A stretch of 64,000 bases of DNA from Octopus vulgaris (Eukaryota), in contig OX597815.1 in assembly GCA_951406725.2 (NCBI GenBank), forward strand, positions 215,538,708 through 215,602,707. The letters are read 5' to 3'. Below, one piece after another: positions 56,231-64,000 of this stretch. The notes under the pieces are model-generated. The model searched no databases, had not been told where the DNA came from, and saw only the letters and a program-made list of their open reading frames with translations. The translations under genes and the position numbers were made by a program. Numbering within the stretch: position 1 is the first letter of the stretch; every line of letters starts with the position of its first letter.

Positions 56231-56602
56231 CGTTGAATAAAAACACTTTTAAATATTTTTTGCTGTTTTTAACCTTCTCTTAATAAATCTGAACTCAGTT
56301 ATTTCGTCTATGATACGAATACGAAACTAACATGACGTTGAAATCGGAATCAAGAGTTTAAACCTTAAACTCCATGTTTAAGTTAAAGATAATGGAAAGA
56401 CGATGGACTCGTTCGATTGTTTTAAAGCAATTTGTGTTAAATATTTGGTTTCTGGAAAAAAATTTCATTGAAAGTTACTTTCTACACTCGATATACGAAG
56501 GTAAATGAATTACATTTTGAGATTTTTCGTTTGACTTTGGGAAAAATCACCCCTAGTGATGCTTCGTAACTCTAGAAAAAAATTGATAGAGTGAGGGACT
56601 GA

Positions 56603-56642
<40 letters not shown>

Positions 56643-56654
56643 AGAGAGAGAGAG
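56603..56654. repeat. (TA)n followed by (GA)n microsatellite
   Basis: Direct reading. Confidence 0.9.
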
Positions 56655-57269
56655 AAGCAGATTCTAACAGATAAATAATTTGACAGCAATAGATGAAGTC
56701 AGAAGAAGCAAATACGGAACTACAGCGGCTGCAAATGAGTTTCTGACTTTTCGCAAAGCATTGTGGGATTGTCGTTTCAATATTAATGGCGGCGAGTTTG
56801 TAAAAAATCTGAATTCAATTTCTGGACTTTTCTGTCTTCAATCTGAAAATATTTGCCTTGTTTATTCACTGAATATTGTTTGTAAGTTTGAGCTTGTATG
56901 AATACATATTACTTAAAAGGATTTTAATGAGTAACGATTGTAAACAAACAGGAATTGTGAATGAAGTCAACAGAAGAATTTCCGAAAAAGTAAGAATTTA
57001 TTAATATTTTTGTCTTAAGTTTTGTGTCAATTATGATGTATTGGGATAAATATATTGATTCTTAAACAAGAGACCCTTTTCTACCACCTACCTTCACACA
57101 CACACACACACACACACGTTTAGACGTTCACATGATTAACAAGGCTAACGTGGGGTGGCTAGAAATAGCAGTCAAATTACTCTCAGATCCATACAAGGAG
57201 CCCAATAACAAATCAACTTAGTTGTTTATGAAAGAAATCGTTATTTAGAGTGTGAAAACGTGTTTTTCT

Positions 57270-57415
57270 CTCTTTTTTGCTGGATCACCGACTTTAGTCG
57301 AGCAAATCGACCCCAGGACTTATTCTTTGTAAGCCTAGTACTTATTCTATCGGTCTCTTTTGCCGTAAACACAGCATCGGTTGCCAAGCGGTGTTTGGGG
57401 GGGGGGGCAAACATA
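57270..57415 (-). mobile_element. SINE 3'-half fragment
   Basis: TTTAGTCGAGCAAATCGACCCCAGGACTTATTCTTTGTAAGCCTAGTACTTATTCTATCGGTCTCTTTTGCCG is the reverse-complement homologue of 55648-55720. Confidence 0.85.
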
Positions 57416-57502
57416 TACATACACACACTCACATATATATATATATATATATATAGGTTAATATAGGGCGTAACAAATATCAGAAAATCAAAAAAAAAAT
57501 GT

Positions 57503-57980
57503 GTGTAATAGGTGTAAAACAACTTCCTATGAACGAATATGAAAAAAAAAATTCGCGCACGCGAAAGGGGGTGGGGGAGAGGCCTCGGAAAATTCACATC
57601 GGGAAGTTCCGAAAGCGTCTGAGGAGCTGACCCGGGCACCAAAACAAAAAAAAAATAGTGTAATATGTGTAAAACAACTTGCTCTAAACGAATATGACAA
57701 AAAAAAATGCGCTCTCGCGAAAGAGGGGTGGGGGAGAGGCCTCGGAATATTTATATCGGGAATTTCCGAAAGCGTCTGAACCGGGCACAAAAACAAAAAC
57801 AAAAACAGCGTAATAGGTGTAAAACAACTTGCTCTAAACGACTATCATGAAAAAAATGCGCGCTCGCGAAAGGGGGGTGGGGGAGAGGCTTCGGAAATTT
57901 CACATCTTCAGTCCACGGCCTTTAAACTAAGAAAAAATAGTGTTATTGGTGTAAAACTACTTGTTCTAAACGAGTATCAA
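57503..57980. repeat. ~150-bp minisatellite, three copies plus a partial fourth
   Basis: GTGTAATAGGTGTAAAACAACTT...CGCGAAAGGGGGTGGGGGAGAGGCCTCGGAA units start at 57503, 57658, 57808 and 57940. Confidence 0.85.
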
Positions 57981-58903
57981 GAACACACACTCACACATGA
58001 ATCATAAACTCCGTATTTCGCAAAAAAAAAAAAAATAAAGAGAAGAAATTCTGGAAAAAGTGAAGAAATGTTGGATCTCATTCCTTGGTTAAAGCTATTT
58101 TAAACATTAAATTTATGCTTTTCTTTGAAATAGTTCAGATATATGCAATTCTTCTCACTTATTAAGATGCATTTATCAGAAAAAAAGAGACAGAAAAAAT
58201 TATTATTTTGTGTCAATCCTTCCCTAATTATCCTTTATTAATTAGTTTTGGCGTGTATTTTTTTCCCAAATTTATTTTTTCACCTTTACAACACTGTTTA
58301 GTAAAGCAATTAATTATCTTTATAATTTGCATATTTGACTTATTAATCAAAATTCTCTAGATGTAATATATACTAAGTAATGCATCCTTCATTTATGTGT
58401 TCTGTTCTGTATTATGCATGCGTGACTGTTTGTATGTAAGTGTGTTTAACTGTGCACATGAATGTGAATATTAAAGAACATATTTATTTACTATGATTGT
58501 TATTTTCAGAACAAATAAATCTTTTGGCTGTTATGTTATTGATGTTATTATTATTGCTAGTTAAAGGGTGGTGACTTGGCTGAATATTTTGAGTCTTGTA
58601 GTATGTAGTTGTGTTAGTCAATATTCTGAGTTCAAATCCAACTCATTTCTTTATCATCATTATCGATGGACCACTCAAAGAGGTATGTATACATTATCAT
58701 TTTCGTAACATAATTTCTGTAATTTCAAGATGTTTCTGACACGTATTTTGATTCACATGGCGGAGATCCAACATTTCTTCACTTTTTCCAGAATTTCTTC
58801 TCTTTATTTTTTTTTTTTTGCGAAATACGGAGTTTATGATTCATGTGTGAGTGTGTGTTCTTGATACTCGTTTAGAACAAGTAGTTTTACACCAATAACA
58901 CTA
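57938..58903. repeat. 142-bp inverted repeat pair (57938-58079 / 58763-58903) around a 683-bp AT-rich spacer
   Basis: Arms are reverse complements, identical by eye except A14 versus T13. Confidence 0.92.
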
Positions 58904-58905
58904 GA

Positions 58906-59032
58906 GTGCTGGAGTGTTCATGTCCCTGTAACTTAGCTGTTTGTCAAAAGTGAAAGATAGATTAAATACTAGGCCTATAAAAAATAAGACCTGGGGTCGA
59001 TTTTCTCGAATAAAGGCGCTGCTGCGGCATGG
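58906..59032 (+). mobile_element. Diverged SINE 3'-half fragment
   Basis: GTAACTTAGCTGTTTGTCAAAAG...TACTAGGCCTA...CCTGGGGTCGATTTTCTCGAATAAAGGCG is homologous to 55610-55740. Confidence 0.75.
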
Positions 59033-59059
59033 AATACATGTATGTATATATATATATTT

Positions 59060-59240
59060 GTATGTCTGTTTATTTCTCCAACATCGTTGGACAACTGGTG
59101 TTGGTGTGTACAGGTCCCCGAACTTATCGGTTCGGGAAAAGGGACCGATAGTTTAAATACTAGGCCTACAAAGTGTAAGTCCTGGGAGGATTTACACGAA
59201 TAAAGGCATTGCTCTACCATGGCCGCAGTCAAATAATTGC
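59060..59240 (+). mobile_element. Diverged SINE 3'-half fragment
   Basis: ACTTATCGGTTCGGGAAAAGGGACCGATAG...TACTAGGCCTACAAAG...CATGGCCGCAGTCAAAT. Confidence 0.8.
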
Positions 59241-59712
59241 ATAAATTAAGTGTTGAAAATAGAAAATAACCAGAAAAGTTTATATTCTATTAACTACATT
59301 AGTGAGGGAGATAACTAAAAATCAAATTTTAGAGTTACTTCTCTTGACATATTAATAAAAGACATGACAGTTTAAGATGTAGGCGCGTTTGTTTTTCGCA
59401 TGCGAAGGGCACACTTGCATTCGTGCAAGAATAGACATACACATGCACATTTTCTGCTGTTTACTTTAACAAATACACATTATAATTTACATTTAATTAC
59501 ACCTGAAAACTATGTAAAGTACTCCCCATATCTAGTACCACCCTTTGGACATGATCAGGTTTTTATTTTGTTTTAGATAGTATATATGCGTATGTGGGTA
59601 TATACACGTATATATTTATGAATGCATGTATATAAATATGTATATTTGTATGTATGTATGTATGTATATATATATTAGTATGAAATGAATTTATATATAT
59701 ATATTTATGCAT

Positions 59713-59824
59713 ATGCCCGAGCACAGCCTTTAGTCAAACAAAACGTACCCCAGGGCTTATCCTTTGGAAGCTTAGTACTTCTATCTTTTTTTACTCTTTT
59801 GCGGAACCGTAAAGTTAGCGGGGC
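59713..59824 (-). mobile_element. Old SINE 3'-half fragment
   Basis: GAGCACAGCCTTTAGTCAAAC...CCCCAGGGCTTAT...CTCTTTTGCGGAACCG..AAGTTA resembles the reverse complement of the SINE 3' half. Confidence 0.65.
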
Positions 59825-59959
59825 ATATGTGTGTGTTGTGCTCACCCACAAACACACATACCTCCGAACACGCACACATAGATACATGCAAAGATACACA
59901 CTTGTTGCTATTTATGCTTTAAATATGTTGACCATAAAACCGTTACGTTCTGAAGAAAT

Positions 59960-60440
59960 GTATGTGTGTGCTTTCATTTCTGTGTCTGTGTGTGAGCGCG
60001 CATGTGTGACAGTGTTTCCAGTTCAATGTGTGTGTGAGTGAGGGAGTGTGTAAATGTGTATTTTGATTTCTCGGTGCGTGTGTGAGTGTGTAACTGTTTT
60101 CATTTCTGTGTGTATGTGCGTACGTTTGTGTGTGACTATTTTCATTTCTGTGTGGGTGTTTGTTTGGATGTGCAACTATTTTCATTTCTATGTGTGTGTG
60201 TGAGTGTTTGGATGTGTAACTGTGTATTGTCATTTCTATGTGTGTGTGTTTTGTACGTATGTGAGTGTGTGTGAGTATTTTTATTTCAGTGTTTGTGGGA
60301 CTGTTTGTGTTTATTTGTGTGCGAATGTGTTTTGTGTTAGTATTTTAATTTCAGTGTTTGTGTGTGTGAGAGAGTGTTTTTATTTGTGTGTGTACATGTG
60401 TGTGCTCGACTGAGTGTTTTTAATTGTTTGTGTGCGTGCG
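59960..60440. repeat. Degenerate TG-rich low-complexity tract with a recurring TTTTCATTTCTGTGTG motif
   Basis: Direct reading; a related tract lies at ~61570-61825. Confidence 0.75.
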
Positions 60441-60792
60441 ACAATTACTACTACAACAAACACTTTGACCATTTCTAAGATACCCACATTTGAGATCACT
60501 AACTACTAAATCAAAATAAGTTCAATTTATTACACCTTTAGTGACTTCAGATATTGCTCATATTTTTCTCATATGGCGACAATGTATTAACTTCACAAGT
60601 GGATAAAACAACTTCTCATACTGGCGTGGAGGGGGCTGAGATTATAACTGCGAGTGCCAAGCACCCAATGCCTCCCCCGTATCTACATACCTGGATCGGC
60701 CGTAATTGGTCTCATTCTGAGATCTCTCGGGAGTAGAATATTTATGACTATAGAAGTTAACTTGTTACAGGCTTCGTAGACTTTTGTCGCTA

Positions 60793-61208
60793 TTTACTCT
60801 TTTATTCTCATTTACTTGTTTCAGTCATTTGATTGTGGCCATGCTGGAGCACCAACTTTAGTCGAACATATCGACCCCAGGACTTATTCTTTGTAGGCCT
60901 AGTACTTATTCTATCAGTCTCTTTCGCTGAACCTCTTAGTTACGGGGACGTAAACAGACTAGCATCAGTTGTGAAGCAATGTTTGAGGACAAACACAGAC
61001 ACAAACCCACAAACATACACACACACATATATATAAACATATATACGACAGTCTTCTTTCAGTTTCCGTCTACCAACTCGACTCAGAAGTATTTGATTGG
61101 CCCGAGGCTATATTTGAATACACTTGCCGAAGGTGCCACACTGTGGGACTGAACCCAGCACATTGCGATTCGTAAGCAAACTGTTTATCACACGGCCACT
61201 CCTACGCC
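60793..61208 (-). mobile_element. Full-length bipartite SINE copy (minus strand)
   Basis: Reverse complement of the 55367-55790 layout: tail TTTACTCTTT, 3' half, internal CA/TA tract, TTCAGTTTCCGTCTACCAA, GGGACTGAACC (B box), CACACGGCCACTCCTACGCC (head). Confidence 0.85.
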
Positions 61209-62225
61209 TATCAATATATATATATATTGATATATATATACCTACATACATGTATATAGAAGCACATAGTCGCGCACACACACATACACACACACACACA
61301 CTCACTCACACACACACACACACACACACACATGAAAACTCAGTTATATTTGCTTCTTGGCAAAAATGCATTTAAGTGGAAAGAACTTAAACATAAAAAT
61401 TAATATCAAACCAACGAAAGTAACTCCCGCCAATCCCTTACTTGAAAAGAGTTACCTCCCTTGATTGATGAAAAGCGTTTTCCTCGTGTCTTGGAGACTC
61501 TAAGGGATGGTACGGGAGTTTTTTCCATTTAATTAAGAAACTTTGCATCTGTATGCGTGCGCGCATGCTCGAGTGTTTGTCCGCGTGTTTGTGTGAATAT
61601 GTAGCTGTGTATTTTCATTTCTGTGTGTGTATTTGTGCGTATGTGTGTGTGTGTGTGTGAGAATTTTTATTCAGTGTTTGTGTGCGTGGGACGGTTTTTA
61701 TTTGTGTGAGTGTGAAAGTGTGTGTTGGTATTTTCATTTCAGTGTTTGTGTTTGTGTGAATGTTTTTATTTGTGTGTGTAAGTGTGTGTGAGCGACTGTG
61801 TTTTTATTCGTTTGTGTGTGTGCGACAATTACAGCTACAACAAACACTTTAAGCATCTCTAAGATACCCACATTTGCAGATCCCTAAGTTCTAAATGAAA
61901 AGAAGTTCAATTTATTGCGACTTCAGATTTGCGTTTGTTAAGCACCCAATGCCCCCCGTATGTACATACATGGATCGGCCATAATTGGCCTCATTCGGAG
62001 ATCTCTCGGGTGTGGAATATTTATGACTATAGAAGTTAACTTGTTACAGGTTTTGTTTATGGCTTAACTTTTGTAGATTTTGGGAAGTCCATAGATGTTA
62101 CTGGCTTTGCAGTGAAATCTAGTCAAGCAATTTGTCTGGTTTTTTGTTAAATCGTGTTGGAACTGGTGGATAAGAGTAGACAGTTTGGTCATTATCTTCG
62201 ATTGACTGTAGTTGTTGATGTTTTT

Positions 62226-62353
62226 AACCGATGCTGGTGTGTTTTACTCCCTGTATTTTAGCGGTTCGGCAAAAGAGAATAAGTTAGAATAAATACTAGG
62301 CTTACAAAGAATAAGTGCTGCGGACGATGTGCTCGACTAAAGGCGGCGCTCTA
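62226..62353 (+). mobile_element. SINE 3'-half fragment
   Basis: AACCGATGCTGGTGTGTTT...TTAGCGGTTCGGCAAAAGAGA...TACTAGGCTTACAAAGAATAAG...GCTCGACTAAAGGCGG. Confidence 0.82.
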
Positions 62354-62354
62354 G

Positions 62355-62410
<56 letters not shown>

Positions 62411-62756
62411 TACAGATATACATGTATATACCCACACATGCATATATACTATCTAAAACAAAAAAAGAAACTTGATTATGTCCGAAGAGTAGTACTAGAT
62501 AACATTATTACTTTATATATTTGTGGGGTGTAGTGAAATGTAAATGATCAGCTAGTCAATGTTTATTTGTTAAAGGTACCAGCAGATTACTTGGATGTGT
62601 ATGTGTCTCTGTTGGTGTGCGCATGGTCGTGTCTTCTTTCGCAGGCGTCAAACAAACACACCTATTACAGAAATTACAACATGAAAGGTATTATATGATG
62701 TCTAGGAGATATTTTCAGCTATCTCCCTAGTGAACAGGTTATAGACTTTTGTCGCT

Positions 62757-62922
62757 ATTTACTCTTTTACTCTCATTTACTTTTTTCAGTCATTTAACTG
62801 TGGCCATGCTGGAACAACACCTTCAGTCGAGCATATCGACCCCCAGGACTTATTCTTTGTAGGCCTAGTACTTATTCTAACAGTCTCTTTCGCTGAACCT
62901 CTAAGTTACGGGGACGTAGACA
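62757..62922 (-). mobile_element. SINE 3'-half fragment (duplicate of 60793-60955)
   Basis: Shares the flank AGACTTTTGTCGCTA and variants such as CTTTCGCTGAACCTCT with the 60793 copy. Confidence 0.85.
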
Positions 62923-63045
<123 letters not shown>

Positions 63046-63466
63046 ATGTATATAAAAGCACGTAGTCGCACACACAGAAATGGAAATACACACATCTAAC
63101 CCTAACTCATAGTTTCATCTCCCTTTGGCATTTAAACTTAAATATAAAAATGAATCTCAAACCAAGGAAAGTAACTCCCTCTACATCCCTTACTTGACAA
63201 GAGTTACATCCGTTAATTGATACTAATACAATTTAACATTAGGAAACGTAAATAGTGTTTGAATAATAATAGGCTCTAAGCGATGTATGGAGAGTTGCCT
63301 TCCTTACAAGTATATAATACTAAAAGTAGTTAAAGGAAGGAATTTTACTCATAGCTCTCGGAAACTGTTTGGGATAGAATGGGAGTTGTTTCCCTTTCAT
63401 TGAGAAAACTTGCATCTGTATGTCTGATGGTTCATGCGTGCATGCTCGTGTGCCATTCGAGTGCGA

Positions 63467-63511
<45 letters not shown>

Positions 63512-63517
63512 AACATA

Positions 63518-63681
63518 TACGACGGGATTCTTTCAGTTTCCTTCCACCAAATCCAATCACAAGGATTTGGTCGGCCCGGGGCTACTGTAGAAGACAATTG
63601 GACAAGATGCGAGGCAGTGGGAATGAAACTGAAACCATGTGGTTCGTAAGCAAACTACTTACCACATAGCCATTCGTGCGC
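63518..63681 (-). mobile_element. SINE 5' half (tRNA-derived head), diverged
   Basis: TACGACGGGATTCTTTCAGTTTCC...GGTCGGCCCGGGGCTA...CTACTTACCACATAGCCATTCGTGCGC, the reverse-complement homologue of 55367-55530. Confidence 0.82.
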
Positions 63682-63694
63682 TGATATTCATATA

Positions 63695-63840
63695 TACGAC
63701 GGTCTTCTTTCAGTTTCTCTCTACCAACCCTACTCAGAATACATTGGTCGGCCCGGGGGTATAGTTGAATACACTTGCCGAAGGTACCACGCTGTTGGAT
63801 TGAACCCAGCACATTGAGGTTGGTGAGCAAACACTCTCAC
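63695..63840 (-). mobile_element. Second tandem SINE 5'-half fragment
   Basis: TACGACGGTCTTCTTTCAGTTTC...GAATACACTTGCCGAAGGT...TGAACCCAGCACATTG; shares variants with 61045-61185. Confidence 0.8.
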
Positions 63841-64000
63841 ACACATGCGCGAGCGCAAACAGACACAGAGATGAAAGCACACATATTGGCTGACCCACAC
63901 GCTCATACAATTTCTTGAGAGTGTCACGGTTTTAAGGTCAACATATTTAAAACATGAAATAGCTTTGCATGTATCTATGTGCATGAGTGCGGAAGTGTGG

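Noticed and set aside
56680-56901. 73-aa ORF in AT-rich unique-looking DNA
   Set aside because: Non-ATG start and no recognisable motif; cannot be supported as an exon or TE fragment without a search.

Overview
Eukaryotic, almost entirely repetitive window with no host gene. The SINE/LINE content and abundant (TA)n/(CA)n tracts resemble an octopus (coleoid cephalopod) genome; this is an inference. Layout: (1) 1-45317, a 65-bp tandem satellite of about 700 copies, nearly invariant to ~35.9 kb, then progressively diverged with higher-order blocks; (2) 45318-53026, an abutting and more diverged 34-bp satellite of about 227 copies; (3) 53112-55268, a young 5'-truncated RTE-clade LINE inserted in a (TA)n tract with a ~20-bp target-site duplication. 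It encodes a partial RT with an embedded C4HC3 PHD-type finger, and its 3' UTR holds four tandem ~193-bp highly structured modules; (4) 55367-64000, AT-rich DNA with many copies of one bipartite tRNA-derived SINE, microsatellites, a ~150-bp minisatellite, a 142-bp inverted duplication and local segmental duplications. Most notable: the 34-bp satellite monomer aligns ungapped (26/33) to a segment of the neighbouring SINE, and the 65-bp monomer shows weaker colinear similarity to the adjacent SINE segment, suggesting SINE-derived satellites. The PHD-in-RT and the repeated pseudoknot-like RNA module of the LINE are also unusual. All alignments and structures were done by eye.
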